DNA from: Asterionella formosa | Taxonomy: Eukaryota | Direction of reading: 5' to 3' | Assembly (NCBI GenBank): GCA_002256025.1 | Contig: NKIB01014512.1 | Location: forward strand, 1-42,843 | DNA length: 42,843 bases | Part shown: in pieces, positions 10,152-23,879 of the stretch | Layout of the letters: every line of letters begins with the position of its first letter | How positions within the stretch are numbered: the first letter of the stretch is position 1 | Notes under the pieces: model-generated | Database searches by the model: none | What the model was told of the DNA's origin: nothing | What the model saw: the letters and a program-made list of their open reading frames with translations, nothing else | Program-made: the position numbers and the translations under genes

Positions 10152-11407
10152 ATGTCGGGTGACGATGCAAAGAAAGTGAAAAGAGCCAATAAGAGAGAAG
10201 TCGAAGAGGCAGTTGATGAAGCTGTCGACGAAGCCGTTTCAGCGATCACTGACGAGAATGATGATGACAATGACAATGAAACTGAAATTGATGCAGACGG
10301 CAACATCAGAGTGTTGCCAAAAAAACGCAGACTTTGTCGATATCCCGGATGCACCAAGGTGATCAAGTCACAAGGACATTGTCAGCGTCATGGAGCGAGG
10401 GCAAAGCGATGCAAAGTTGATGGATGCGATAAGCAGGCTCAGGTACAGTGCTTATGATTGTTTATGCAAATTCTGGCCACATGTCGCAATGGTAGCTTGA
10501 CCAGCTCAAAATTTCCGTCTTGTCCATTTCTCGTGCCTTCTTCATTGCCCTAGGGAACTCATGACGGTATGTGCAAACGCCATTGGAAACATGTCCACTT
10601 CCCACCCCCTGTCACCAAGACCGAGGACCAACCACCTCCTCCAGAGGGTGATTCTGTCTGGGACACCATTGTGCCTGCCAGCATCTCCTATCGTCCCACA
10701 ATGGGTAAGAACAAGTTTAAAATGGAGAAAGAATCACCGGACGTCGACCCTCCTCCACCCCCTGAAGGCGTAGTTGTGATGCCTCTTGTCGCTCATTTGC
10801 GTGAGGGCGACGGCAAAGATGCTGGATGGCATCGTAATGCCGAACGCCGCGCTCGTGGTATGCATCCGGTATCATCCTTAAGCTCTCAACTTGAGCCTTG
10901 GGAGCGTCAGCTAGTAAGTTTCTTGTGCGATGAAGCTTCATATTTTGTGCAATTGCTTTGATTCCAAACAATGAACTAATGAAATTATTAAATCGCTTCT
11001 ATAACCCCAAGGCACTTGTTGAAATTCTGTTGCTCTCAGGTGGCACACCATACGCTAATTTCAGGGACTTGTCTCATGCATGGGGTCGCGAAAAGGGGTT
11101 CCATCACCTCTTGGCTTCTTCCGTTTGCGAACGCCGTGGTGAAGTGGAACGCAAAAAACGCAGTGATGCCGGTCGTGTTATGACCGATGCCCAGCGCAAT
11201 GCATTCAAGGAAAAGCTGAACAAGAGCAAGCTCACTAGAGGAGATGATTCTCCGAGAAATGGAGACTGCTCTGATGAGGAGGAGGACGATGAAGATCTTA
11301 AAACACCTTCTGACGAAATGGTTAATCACAAAAATGTTGCAATAGAGGAAATCGAACTAGCACATACAGCGGCCCACCCAAGGGAGGAGAATACAGTTCA
11401 GGTATGA
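10152..11407 (+). CDS. WRKY19-like / CxxxxC..CxxH zinc-finger repeat protein (exons 10152-10442, 10554-10913, 11012-11407)
   Basis: CRYPGCTK..GHCQRHG and CKVDGCDKQAQG|THDGMCKRHW. Both GT..AG introns restore the reading frame. Confidence 0.8.
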
Positions 11408-12306
11408 GTGAAGGTGAAGTTAATTGATTTTTGTTGAGTCCAGAGCTGATTTTTACGGGAGAGAATGTTGGTTGACCATTATTTGGAATGTTACTGCGAT
11501 AAAGTCCTGCACTGTGCCATCTGGTTTCGGTTTTAGCGGGAAAAATGGATAAATGTAATTTGTTAGTATGCGACTCCTTGTAACTTCGGTACCAGGTTCC
11601 TGGTACCTGGTACCTGGGTAGGAGCATGGTGGATCAATAGAAATTGAAAGGTTGGCTGTTATTCCCAAACCAAAATTGCCTACCGGTACCTGGTCCAGGT
11701 ACCCGGTAGTAGCTAATGATTGATCGGAATTTTGGGATTGTTGTTAGCTTTGATCTCGACTTGACGTACCCTATTCGCTTGTCTGTTTCAAAAAAGTATG
11801 GCGCGCCTTGAAAATGAAATACCTCTAAGCGTTGTTCTACTGAAAAGGCCGTTTTAAAAAGGTAATCAAGGCATGTATCACTTCTTAGTAAAGTAGCCGA
11901 AAGCCCTCACCTACATTCGAATTGTCCATCGTGACGAGTGTTATGTCGCAGGGGAGTAGCGCGCCTTATTGATGATCCGGGTTGGTGGCTACATGATAGT
12001 TGTTATTTATATTACGCAGCAACCTTTAAAATTACCTTGTGTGTGGTACGGTATTTACATACACCGTAAGGCAGTAGCAAATGAATATACAGGTTTACAC
12101 ACAGGTTTAAAAATGCTGGTCAAATTCACTACCTACTAATTGTGCATATCACATCACATGAACATTCGTTCTGCAGCCAAGACCGGTGTGCCAAGTCCTA
12201 TATTTCGAGCCGCCTTGTTGTTCCCCTCTCCCTGACACAGCTCTCTTCTCCACGGCATAGGGCTTCTTTGGATTTGACATTGTCGGAGGCTCGAGGACCG
12301 TTTAAA

Positions 12307-15300
12307 ATGTCGACGGGTTCAGCAACATCCGTAAGTAGCTTTCAGATTTCGGGTTCAGCCATTTTTTTTCTCGTTGAACATGGCGACTCTAGTCAGTAGT
12401 TAGTTCCTCATTGGACCTACCTTTATAGGAAGTCGCTGAGTTATTTGCTGCAATGATTTTCTGCTTTGCTTAGGATGAAATCTCACATTTTGCCTCCTCG
12501 TTTCTCGATTCAGGCGTCCCCGCGTCCCACTTCATCTGACGGCAATGAACGCAGGAATCCTCGTCGAGCAGGCGGCGCAAAGGTAACCTATGAACCGAAT
12601 TTAGATTCTACTAATGGTTCTCTCGAAGCTGACGAGTCTCTTTCCAAAGAAGAAGATGAAGAAGAAATGCAAGAAGAAGTTGAAGAAGAAATGGAGAAAG
12701 AAGTCGAAGACAAAGAAGCTGCTGGCCGAAAGAAGGCTTCAAACCGAAAGCGTTCCAAGTCAGAGGACAAAACAGAATCGCAAGGCCGCCGATCTGCTCG
12801 ATCCACCAAGTTCACGAGCAGCATGAAGGACCCAAAAGAGGATGACGATTTCTTGGAGAGAGTTTCCACACCCATCAAGACGATTCACTCCAAGAAGGTG
12901 CGCAAAGCTCCCGCGGACCAAGTTAGTCCAACCAAACCAAAGTCTCCTGCAATTCGACATTCGACGCAACGACGCCGTGTGGAAACAGCAGTACTCATGT
13001 CAACTGACGAGGATGGTTCAGAGGAAGCTTCTGACGAGGAAAATGATGATGATGACGATGAGGATAGCATGAAAATCCAGCGTATCCTTGCTTGCAAAAC
13101 ATTGACACGCAAGGAGTGGAAGATGATATGTGACAAGATGAATACCTCGGAAGTGGACTTTGGGAGTCGCTGGTTTCAAGAGGAACAGAAAGACAAGGAA
13201 GTGCTGGGTGATAGTACTTTTGAAGAGAGGTTCCTTGTCAAGTGGTCCGAGCTGAGCTATCTCCACAACTCATGGGAAACTGAAGTTGATCTCATTGATC
13301 AGGTTGACAATGCAAAAAATTACTTGACCACATTCTTCCGAAAGAGCAAGAATGGCTTGTTATTTAGCGCGGACGAGCGATGCGATGGCGACTTTTTTGA
13401 TCCTGGTTATATCCAAGTCGATCGCATTCTACAGGTGCACCTTCCCGAAGACTCGGCGAACGCTGAAAATAACAAGTATGGGATTATATTGGATCGAACC
13501 CACAAGGATTTTGAAAGTGGGACTGGGAGGCAGTTTCTCATCAAGTGGACTAACATGTCATATTCGGAAGCTACGTTTGAGTTCGAGCGAGATTTGATTC
13601 TGAATGAAATCGAATATGAGGAACAAGTGAAGAATTTTTTGGATCGCTCAGTGAAGGTATGTTTGCGACTTGCATCCCGGGTTCCTTCATCTTCCCGCAT
13701 TGCTAACACATTTGAATAGCCAACCAAATCAGACATGAAAGTATTATTCAAGCTTGGAGAAGAAGAAACGCGGCGCACCTACAAGATTTTCGGGGACAAA
13801 AGTAAATTGTGTGAAAAGGAAAAGGATATCATGGTTGCTGCATATCAAAAAGATCTCGCAGATGAGATTTATCCAAATGGTGGGCAACTCCGTGATTATC
13901 AAGCTGAAGGAGTCTCGTGGATGATAGCCAACCTGATCAACGAGCGCTCCTCCATTCTTGCTGATGAAATGGTAGGTGACTGTTTGTCACGTCTAGCAAA
14001 ATGCTTTGAATCGATCTAATGTGCTCTCTCATATAGGGTCTCGGTAAAACACTGCAAACTTGTTCATTTATTAATCTCGTCGCCAATCATCTCAATAAGC
14101 GTGGACCATTCCTTGTCATTGCGCCATTGTCTACTCTTCAACACTGGCATCGAGAGTTTACCAGCTGGACTGGATTGAATGCGATCATCTACCACGGCTC
14201 TGCTAAGGATCGAGAGCTCATTCGGGAGCACGAATTTGCTTTTGACTGCGATAAACCTAAGTCGGGTGTTGCCTTCAATTCCAGTTATCTCAAAAAATGC
14301 ATGCCTCGAGGTAAACCAAGTATCGAACGCCAGTGGATGGTACAAGTCGTTATTACTACTCCAGAACTTCTTGTTGCAGATGACTTTTCTGAACTAACCG
14401 CAGTCGAGTGGGAAGTTCTTGTTGTCGATGAAGCCCATCGGTTGAAGAATCATAGTTCAAAGCTAGCTGTAAACTTGCGCGATACTCGCTTTCAATTCAA
14501 TCATACGCTTTTGCTGACAGGTACTCCAATCCAAAACGACATGAAGGAGCTTTGGACACTGTTGAATTTTATCGATCCGGGAAAATTTGGTGACATTGAC
14601 AACTTTCTCGAAAACTATGGTGATATAAAAAGCAAGGAGAAGATCGACGAACTGCACGAAACCATCCGACCGTTCATTCTTCGACGACTGAAAGAAGACG
14701 TGGAGAAAAGTGTGCCGCCGAAAGAAGAAACATTGATTGAAGTCGAGTTAACTGTGTTGCAAAAACAGTATTATCGAGCCCTGTACGAAAAGAATGTACA
14801 GTTTCTACACCGAAACAAGAAGAGGGCACTGGATGGTCCAAGCATAAGCAATCTTGCTATGCAGCTTCGAAAGTGTTGCAATCACCCATTCTTGTTGCGG
14901 GGCGTAGAAGACGAAATTCGTCAACAGGAAATGAGATCAGAACAACGTCTAACAGAGGGAGATTTTTTGGTTAAGTTTTCTGGAAAGCTTGTTCTTCTTG
15001 ATAAGCTTTTGCCTCGCTTGAAAGCCACGGGGCACAGAGTTTTGATATTCTCCCAATTCAAAATCATGCTAGACATAATTGAAGACTATCTGAATGAGCG
15101 CAAAATGAAAGCGGAACGCATCGATGGTTCGATTACGGGGAAAAAGCGTCAAATGGCAATCGATAGATTTCAGGCCACCGACGTTGAGGGCAAGGAGGCA
15201 CCATTCGTAATGATGCTTTCCACACGGGCAGGTGGTGTCGGTATCAATCTGACAGCTGCAGATACATGCATTATATTTGATAGTGATTGGAACCCACAAA

Positions 15301-18300
15301 ACGATCTTCAAGCCCAAGCTCGATGCCACAGGATTGGTCAGACGAAAATGGTGAAAGTATATCGGCTGCTCACTCGAAAGACGTATGAGATGCAAATGTT
15401 TCACATGTCCTCAATGAAAATGGGATTGGATCAGGCCGTTCTCGGAGGATTCGAAAGCAAGGATGGAAGCGGTGAAGGAGCAATGACGAAAGAGGAGGTT
15501 GAACGACTTTTGCGCCATGGTGCCTATGATATTTTCAACGAAGATAAGGCAGGCGTCTCGGAAGCGGAATCTTCCGCCTTTGAGCAGCAGGATATTGACA
15601 CGATTTTGGAACGACGCAGCAAGACAGTCATACACGAAAACCCCGGAAGTAAAAGCAACGTTGCAGGTAGCACTTTTTCGAAGGCAAGCTTCAAGGCACC
15701 TAAGGCCGCTGACGGCAGTAGGTCCGCCGGAGATGATGATGTTGACATCGATGATCCCGACTTTTGGAAAAAAATGGTTGGAGAAGGCCAATTGAATAAT
15801 GATGACTTGGACCTTGGTGGACAGAAGCGAAAGCGTCGGGAGACTACATATTGTGAAAAGGACTATAAGAAGCAACTAGACACTTCGATATTGCTCAGTG
15901 ACTCTAACAACACTGATGATGATTCATCAGCCTCGGATGTTGACCAAAGTTCTGACGAAAGCATTGACTATATGATAGATAATACTGGATTGCCTAATGG
16001 GAACGAGGTACCGAAAAAGAGGGAACGAGCTCGATGGGGAACAACGTCAAAACTAAGCAACACATGCCAATGGAACAAATCTGACGCCGAGAAACTCCTG
16101 AAGGGCCTGCAATTATATGGTTACGGCTGCATGCCGTGGTCTGATTTTTGCACGAAAATGTCAGTTGCTGACTGCGATATTAATGAAGCACAACGAATAT
16201 GCTGGGCCTTTCTACTGATGGCCATTCAAGAAGCCGCTCACGATGACGTTGTAAGTGCGCAAAAGCGAGCCATTCGTGCAGCAGAGAAGAAGCGAGAGGA
16301 AGAAGGAAACAAGGATGATTTCAGCAGTGGAATTCTTGGACAAACTGAGGTTTTGCAGATCGCCGCTGCCACTGTGGATATAGAAGGTTGCTTCAAAAAG
16401 CTTTGGGACATTCATCGAACATGGATTGTGAATGTGTTGGAAGATGCAGTGATTTACGCGAAATCTCATCGTGCCCGCCCAAAGGAATCACTTCAACGAG
16501 CTATTTATCTAACTGCGGTGCGGTCAGGGAATGGCGAGGAAAAGGAGGTGAAGGCCGTATTCGCGCAGAATGTCTGGCCAGCACTTAAAAGTCGGGGATG
16601 GACGATAGAAACAGTTGAATCAGAGAATGGATCATCAACGCGGTATGTCAAGGGCGACCAGAGCGTGAGTACATTTATGATCAGGCGCAAGATTCCTTTG
16701 CTTTCGCAATACCTAACTTTGTTTTCCTGCTATACCTACAGTTCAGGACTGTACATACTGTTCTCGGTGCGGTACCAGCTTTCCACCCGGAACTTGCTGT
16801 TATGGTGGAATCGATCCAATCATCGTTGGCCAGTTCTGTTCATGCCACTAAAGTGGTCTTGGACGACGATTTCTATTCAAAACTAGGCCCAAATACAATT
16901 AGTGCCGCTTCATTGGTACGACTGCTCGAGCATTTTGCCCCGCTGCAGCTTCTCGTCGATCGGACAACACCAAAGAAAATCGGGTTGCCGAGAAAAGTTC
17001 TCTTTCAGTGTGCCTTCATGAAGGTTGCAAATGATTATTCCGGTCCCCTGGTTAATACCTCCTTCAATGAGGACGTTCTCAGGCGAATCTCCAGCATGTT
17101 GGTCATTGATAAGCGAGTGATTCTCCCTCATCCACAGTGGACTATAAATCACGATGCTGTTCTGATATTCGCAGTTGCCAAGCACGGTTGGATTGAGCAT
17201 GATATATGTATACGGAACATCACTGAGGACACTTCGATTAAGTGGGGTGCTCCTTTTGAGAGCACAAAAACAAGTGGTTCCCTAGCGGACCAAAAAAATA
17301 TCAGTGAGGAAACATTGAAAGCATTGTTCAATGGAGCTGCTCGGGTGGCCTCCTTTTTGAATCACGAGCAAGAAACATTAGATTCGGTTAAGGGATTCAA
17401 AAAGCAGCTTTTGGTTAAATCCTTTGGCTTAGTTTACGCCCCCTCAAATCAACGAGGGGCAGACTTTGCTAAAGATAATGCCCAGGTTCTGCAGTGGGAG
17501 GTCGATGCCGCTTTGTTGCGAAAAGCTGCCGGTGCTGCTAACGTAAACGATGAAAACTTAGTTCCAAACCAAGAGAATGTCGACTTGCCCACGAAAAAAG
17601 ATTTACTCCGGAGAGCAAGGGCTGTGCTCGCAAATCCACCTGATAAGTCAATGACAAAAGCTGCTCCGAAAGGAGTGGTCATAGTTCCAGCAAGAACCGA
17701 CCACACCTATTGCGTCCTTGATCAAAGTGACCCAGCGAACCTATTCTTGGCTGAGCTTTTGCGCTCTCTTGTCAAAGTTTCGTTTAACAACTCTGGAAAG
17801 CGCAAGAATATAGGTCGCAGACTGTGCACGTATGCCCTTGATGAAGCGAATCAACGCGTTCGCGATGATTTGCCGAGTGAATCCTTGGAAGTAATGACGA
17901 AAATTGTGGACCATTTGATGCTGGTTGGCCGCTTCATTCAGACAAAGTCTCTACAGGCAAAAAACGTTATCAGAGTGATACTTGGAATTACTCCCATCGT
18001 TCCCAAAAATCCGGCCGATCCTATTTTTCCCACGGATTATCGAAATACTCTCACAATCATCGGAGGTGCCGAGACAACTATAGACTCTGAACCCGCTGCA
18101 AAGGCACCAGTGGTGCGATCCAAAAAGCCCAGGAACGAAAGTGCTATTGGCGACCAAGCCATAAGCTTGGCCATGTCTAAGGCAATGAGTTTGGTTGAAG
18201 TGAGTGAGCAATTGTCGAGCTCAGGAAAGGCGTTGGAGTCGTCACTTCAGCTGACAACACCTGAGACCTTGCTGCTTACTGTTATGGGTTCTCAAGGTTT

Positions 18301-19540
18301 GCCCGTTTGGACTTGTGCGTGGAATGATGTTGTTGAAGGAGAAAATATTTCCCCCGAACTTCAAGGTCCTGGGTGCGACTGCGTTATTTCTTGGGATGGG
18401 ATGGGTCGAGTGTTTGAAGCCGCTGCCGAGCTCTGGCACACGACGGCCGAGAAGAAACTTGCGCAGAGACAAAGTACCTTCATCGCGACATATGGAAACA
18501 TCAACAACGAATCCATCGCAAGGAAACAAGCTACCAAGAAGCTTTTGAGCCTCGAGCAAGATGTGAAAGCCAAATTCAGGGCACTAGCTATTGCGGCCGA
18601 CTACTCGAATAATCCGCGGAAGTTGGCGAAGAAGTGTATCATGTTGGTGGAAGCTCTCCGAAAAAAGATGGGACCAGTTGACTCGAAACCTGGAGGTAAG
18701 AAGGCCAAAACAATTCGACGAAGTGAGCACGGACTGGGCCCATACGTTCTGCTTTGGTTCGACAAGGAAAACACTAGGTGGGCCGAGTCGTTTAAGATTA
18801 TTGACAGTACTGGTAAGCCGTACGGCTACACTGCGGTGGACTTCTTCAAGTCTGACAAAAGCAAAGCATCACCTGCTGATGACGACATCGATATTGCCGC
18901 TGTGTTGGACGAGAAGGGATGTCGAAATATCTTCACTCAGATCGCTCAGCAGACTCGTGCTAGGTCACTTTTCCTTCGTTACACAAAATTGCAGTTGCAG
19001 GAGTGGGTTTCGACCGCTGTAAAGAATTGCGATGTCACAGAGGATGAATGGGAAGGTCGACCAAGCTGGTGGGACAACAACAAGCCGCCAACCAATAACC
19101 ATGACTTTCTCCTTATGGAAAATCTTCTTGAGTACGGCTTCAGCGGCATTGACGAGCCACTACGATTGATGGCCCCTCAGGATCTGGATGGCGATGAAAG
19201 TCTGTCAACTAGTCATATGACAAGAGGAAAAGTGCAGGATCGTGCGAACCAGCTGACGCGAGAACTCCACATGATAGAAGAGACTTCAGAGGCCATGCAG
19301 AAGTACTTGAGTGTACGTCGAGATGTTAGTGCTGTTATCCCAACGGTTCAATCTGGAATTCAATCTTTCTTTGGCGCGTCGTCGATTGTCAAGAACGCTA
19401 CCAAACTTGCTGAAAGAATTGAAAACGGCTCACCACCAATTACCTCAAAGCGAAAGGAAGCTTCGGTGAACTCTATTGATTTGATTGAAGAAGTTGATGT
19501 ACTGTCACCGGGGAAAAGTCCAAGATTGAGTTTTGAGTAG
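12307..19540 (+). CDS. CHD-family (CHD6-9-like) chromodomain SNF2 chromatin remodeller; exons 12307-12330, 12514-13656, 13720-13971, 14037-16664, 16742-19540
   Basis: Tandem chromodomains (FLVKWSELSYLHNSWE; FLIKWTNMSYSEATFE), LRDYQ, ILADEM|GLGKT, DEAH, LLLTGTPIQN, QLRKCCNHPFL, STRAGGVGINL, DSDWNPQNDLQAQARCHRIGQ, and SANT/SLIDE-like WT..HD..L..KHGW. All four introns are GT..AG and keep frame. Confidence 0.93.
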
Positions 19541-20310
19541 ATGTCGCGTCAATACTGTAAGGTGGTTCCCATGATGGAAAATAGATACAGAATAACAATT
19601 TATTGTACGTAAATGCGAAGTACCGGTAGATAAATCAGTAGACTTCATTTCCTTCAGATGAGCTTTTGTTGGAAACAATCTCTGCAAACAATGCCTCAAC
19701 AATAGCATAGATGATACTGATGGATAGCACTACAGCTGATCCAGCAATGAAGTGTGATGAAGATGAACAGCTTTTGTGCTCACAACCATTGCTATCTCAA
19801 GAGAAATGAGAGGAAAATTCAGACGATGGTTTTTTTAAACATTGATGTATGAGCTCTGTTCATAATGATTCTAGGAAAGAAAGCGATCTAGAATGGAACA
19901 AAGAATCAGATAAATCATTACAGCCAGATGAAGTCCTTGTGCCATAAAACATTCATTTTGACAAGAAGAGTGATTCTGAACAGGTTGATGAATCGCTCAT
20001 TTTCATAACCTTCTGATGAAGGACTTTATGACAATTCCCGCTCCATCTATTGTCTTGCCACTTTGGTACTTAAAAGTAATTTTAATGATAAAAGTAATCA
20101 TTTCCTGAGTTTCTTTGGGCTGTTCCAACAAGGCACGAGGAGAAAACCTATCTGGCCGCTTTGTTGCCCGCCTGCCCCATCCTTGTGGGGTGCTTGGCTG
20201 GCACCTTGGGAGGATTTGAACTCCTCTCACCTTGAAAATTTATTCAGGAGTGGTTTGAAGCACCCCATCATCCATAATAAGCTCTATAAGGCCGTTGCTA
20301 ACTGTTGACC

Positions 20311-20433
20311 CAAACCAAAACCCAAAAACTTATTTATGGATTGGTTTTGGTCACCAGACTGGCTGATGCAAAAACAATGCTATCAGTTTTTGGGAAATCC
20401 TAAATGTTGTCAACCACCTACTGTGACATAGGA
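20311..20433 (+). repeat. Dispersed repeat, copy 1 (related to 24127-24256)
   Basis: CAAACCAAAACCCAAAA...TTGGTTTTGGTCA...ATGCTA...TTTTTGGGAAA...ACTGTGACAT(A/G)GGA is shared and collinear with copy 2. Confidence 0.75.
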
Positions 20434-20839
20434 TGACAAAACCATTATAAAAAAAGTAAAATATTTCTATTAGACTACTTTAATAAATGAAATATGATCA
20501 TTCCTATTTGGGAATTAGTTAGTATTCCCCAATTTGAGCGATGTTGCAGTCTTGTCATCCAACTACACACCGGTATGTACATATACTAACAATGTTATGT
20601 GGGTGATGGTCACATGAATCCATGTCTGCCGTGTTGGTGAAATGAGGGTTTTACGACATGTTGATTGTGGTGAAATCAGCGATGATTTGTTGTTATTGCT
20701 GTTGTTGTTCTTCTTCTTCTCGCCAGTGCTTGTACCTGGTACCTGGTACCAGAGTACCTTATAACTATTGTTGTAAATATATATGATATATATGATACCT
20801 ACTACCGGTATATGTAGAACTTACATCATTTGCATGAAA

Positions 20840-21320
20840 TGACCGAAGCTGGCTGTTTCCTTTCCAATCAATCAACAATTCCGGATCCTTCGCTGAATTA
20901 AATCGAAAGGAGAGCTTAGACCGAGATGTTGTTTATGGTGAAGCGCTCCTGAAATGAACAGAGTCATGCTGACTAGTGTGAAATAACGCACAGGCAACTT
21001 TTCGATGCAATTAAAAATCAATTTCAGCAAAGGCAAGAGCTATTGGTAGCAAGCCTGCCAACTTATTCCCAACTTTCAAAGACGAGATCGTATCAATTCC
21101 CATGGGGATGGAGGTGAAATCAGTTCAGTTTTTGATGACATTGAAAATCAATATCAACAGCTGCAAGAGAAATTGGCAGCAAATCCAAATGTATTGTAGC
21201 TTGTAGATGGAGACAATGAGGTACCAGCGGAAGAATTCAGTGGACTGTGGTTTGTCTGGAAAATAAGTTCCATGCTGCAGATGCCATTATACAAAGGATG
21301 CTACAGTAACAAAGGTATGT
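20840..21320 (+). pseudogene. Degenerate coding-like fragment of unknown family
   Basis: Broken frames such as LFDAIKNQFQQRQELLVASLP and SSVFDDIENQYQQLQEKLAANP, which resemble each other. Confidence 0.3.
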
Positions 21321-21631
21321 AGTGAACACAATATCTTCATGTACAAGCACAGCAAATGTATTTTAGTTTATGGCAGTGTTGACAATTTAGTGACATTAAA
21401 GCTAACAAACAAATGTATAGAATGATATAATGTGCTCTGTTTCTTCATTTCGCCTTACAGTCGTCAATCAGTGCAGACATTGCACATGAATTGATAGTGG
21501 CTGCAACTACTAAAATTGTATTGGAGGTGGATTGTGAGCAATAAGACATGATCACAACAAAACTGGAAGCAGACAAGGGTTGATGATACCTTTAGGATGA
21601 TTGATTTGTATATAAATGTGCATACCGACAT

Positions 21632-21790
21632 CTTTTTTGGTACGAGCAAGCCATTTTGGGCATGAGCAAGCAAGTCTTGAAATATTCCGGGAAATTATAT
21701 GTAATTATTCATGCCTAGTAAACATCTTCTTATATAATACACTGTTACTTATAACTGTAAAAAATTTGTGTTGTGTTGACCTACTGATCA
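21632..21790 (+). repeat. Dispersed repeat, inverted homologue of 26268-26420 (fold-back element arm)
   Basis: TTTTTGG..GAGCAA.CCATTT...CAAGTCTTGAAAT.TTC.GGGAA...ATTCATGCCTAG...TAACTGTA...AAATTTGTGTT..GT.GACC aligns to the reverse complement of 26268-26420. Confidence 0.8.
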
Positions 21791-22259
21791 CCTCTGGGGT
21801 TATGGGTACAACGATTTGTGTTATAATACACATGATATAATAATTTTTTAACATCAGAGCGCGCCAAGTATCTGCCATTACTTGGGATTTGCTGATTGAC
21901 CATTTCGCATGATGAGGATAAACAAAGATATATAAACTCACAATTTTTAGGTAATGTGAGTCCATACCCAAGAAATCAAACAATGCATATAAACAATCAC
22001 CAATCAAATGAAGGAAAAAAGTTGGTATTCTTAAATCAAGTCCTCGTTGGCACTTCCAAAACTTAAGTTTAGTGTTTAAGCAAGTTTCAAAACTATTTAA
22101 ACCTTATTTTACTGTTAACTTCACCAAGCAGGAGCATTGGACCCAGTGGATAAGCACATTCATTTCAATGGACAGATTAGATAAACCATCAATTCACGAA
22201 AGATTATTGTTCTCAAACCCTAATAATCGTTGAATTCCGGAACAACCTCGTTTTGATTA

Positions 22260-23879
22260 TTAGTCACCAAAATCACTAAAAATTGAATCATCTGGAACCG
22301 ACAACATAACTGAATCTACACTTTCCCCCATTGCAATATTCAAAATTGACATCGATGATTTTCCTAGAGAGCTCATGTTGTCAGGTTCATCATCCATAAT
22401 GTCCACTGGTCGAGGATCTTCTAGAGGTTTACCCTGAGCCTTCTTCCGAATCTCTTGCTCTTCTTCTTCGTTTCCTTCATTGATTGTATGGTTGTGAAAA
22501 ACCTGGCGTTTATCATCTCTCCAGACTTGTGAAAGGGTCATGGACATGTCAGCAGATGCTCCCAGTTTCTGGCTGGACCGACGCAGTGAATTGCGTAAGA
22601 AGAAATCTCTGTCTTCAATATTAATGGAAGCTCGTCGAGGATCCAAAGACGGGTCTCTATCCAATCGATCAAGTCCTTGCGCAGCTATTTTTTCAGCTTC
22701 GCTCAACTCACATCTACCTGAGCTACGGATAAAGTCGGCTCTTGGATCATAGATGATCGGGTCATATCGTGGGTCTGAACCTATGGAACTTTTACTTGGC
22801 TCGTTGGATCCCATACTCTTTATGCTGTCCGAACGATTGCTGTCAAGAGCACTCTTCATGAATGATAAAGTTGAACTGGACATGGCAGATGTGTCTCTGC
22901 TGCCGTGCAATGGAATAGGTTCAATGGTACCCATGGTTTCAATGGACTCGTTCAGTTCACTACTGTACTCATTTTTTGTCTTCAACTTGTTCAATGAGTC
23001 TGTCAACTCGCCCACACGATAAACAATGTGTCGATCCTGATTGTCTGCCATTTGAGTGGATGGAGGACTTAGCATTGGGATGGTTGCAGCCAGGTGATGG
23101 AATTGCTGAGCAGCTTGCAATTGCTCTATCTGATGCTGCGGTTGAACTACATTGTATGCTTGTGCATATGATGGATCATTTGAAGGAACATTTGTGGATG
23201 GGTATCCTAGCCAATCCACAGGTGCCTCACTGTAAGTTCCTATCGGAATAGGTTCGTAGGGATTATGTTGCCTCATTGCCGGCGAGTAGTCCGAACTTAG
23301 GGGAGAACCAGAATAAATACGATCCATGGAAGCAATCTGAATTTCTTTCGGTCGAGAGCTACCAAAGGGGGGCTGAACCGAGAAGTTCTCCAGACGGATC
23401 TGCGCCGGTGCTTGAGTTGCTTTGGGCTGTGGAACAGGGGAGTGATTGGGCGACCTATCCACCCCTTTTTCGCGTTGCTGCCGAAGGGCTTGCTTCGCTT
23501 TCTCCATGATAGTTTCTTCGTCTGCAGGCGTCCATGCATCTACTCCCTTGGGGATGCCAAGACGCTTTGCGTCCGCCGCTTCTAGTCTTTTGAGGAAACG
23601 ACCGTTCAGGGCCAGCACTTGATTGACAATATTCCGAGCAATGTTCGCCTTTGTCTGTCGATGATTCGTTGCCATATATTCTTCCTTGCGCTCGCCCACA
23701 AGCAAGCGGAAACGGATATTTCCTTCGTGGTCGTTTGGTCCTGACCCTCTCCCGAAGAGAACGTCATTGGGGAACAGATGAATGACAACTTCTGGGTCAA
23801 CCCCTTCTTGCTGTTGCGTACTTTCTGGAGGGAGTGCTTTCATTTCAGAACTATTTTTAGCTTCTGTCGCCGACATCAT
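22260..23879 (-). CDS. DUF6824-domain protein (diatom-expanded family)
   Basis: PNDVLFGRGSGPNDHEGNIRFRLLV...GRFLKR...W...EKAKQALR followed by a long low-complexity tail. Intronless, 539 aa. Confidence 0.88.
   Translation of the reverse strand: MMSATEAKNSSEMKALPPESTQQQEGVDPEVVIHLFPNDVLFGRGSGPNDHEGNIRFRLLVGERKEEYMATNHRQTKANIARNIVNQVLALNGRFLKRLEAADAKRLGIPKGVDAWTPADEETIMEKAKQALRQQREKGVDRSPNHSPVPQPKATQAPAQIRLENFSVQPPFGSSRPKEIQIASMDRIYSGSPLSSDYSPAMRQHNPYEPIPIGTYSEAPVDWLGYPSTNVPSNDPSYAQAYNVVQPQHQIEQLQAAQQFHHLAATIPMLSPPSTQMADNQDRHIVYRVGELTDSLNKLKTKNEYSSELNESIETMGTIEPIPLHGSRDTSAMSSSTLSFMKSALDSNRSDSIKSMGSNEPSKSSIGSDPRYDPIIYDPRADFIRSSGRCELSEAEKIAAQGLDRLDRDPSLDPRRASINIEDRDFFLRNSLRRSSQKLGASADMSMTLSQVWRDDKRQVFHNHTINEGNEEEEQEIRKKAQGKPLEDPRPVDIMDDEPDNMSSLGKSSMSILNIAMGESVDSVMLSVPDDSIFSDFGD

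Noticed and set aside
19700..20060. Acidic coding-like fragment (possible transposase N-terminus)
   Set aside because: Multiple stops and no catalytic motif; cannot be assigned.
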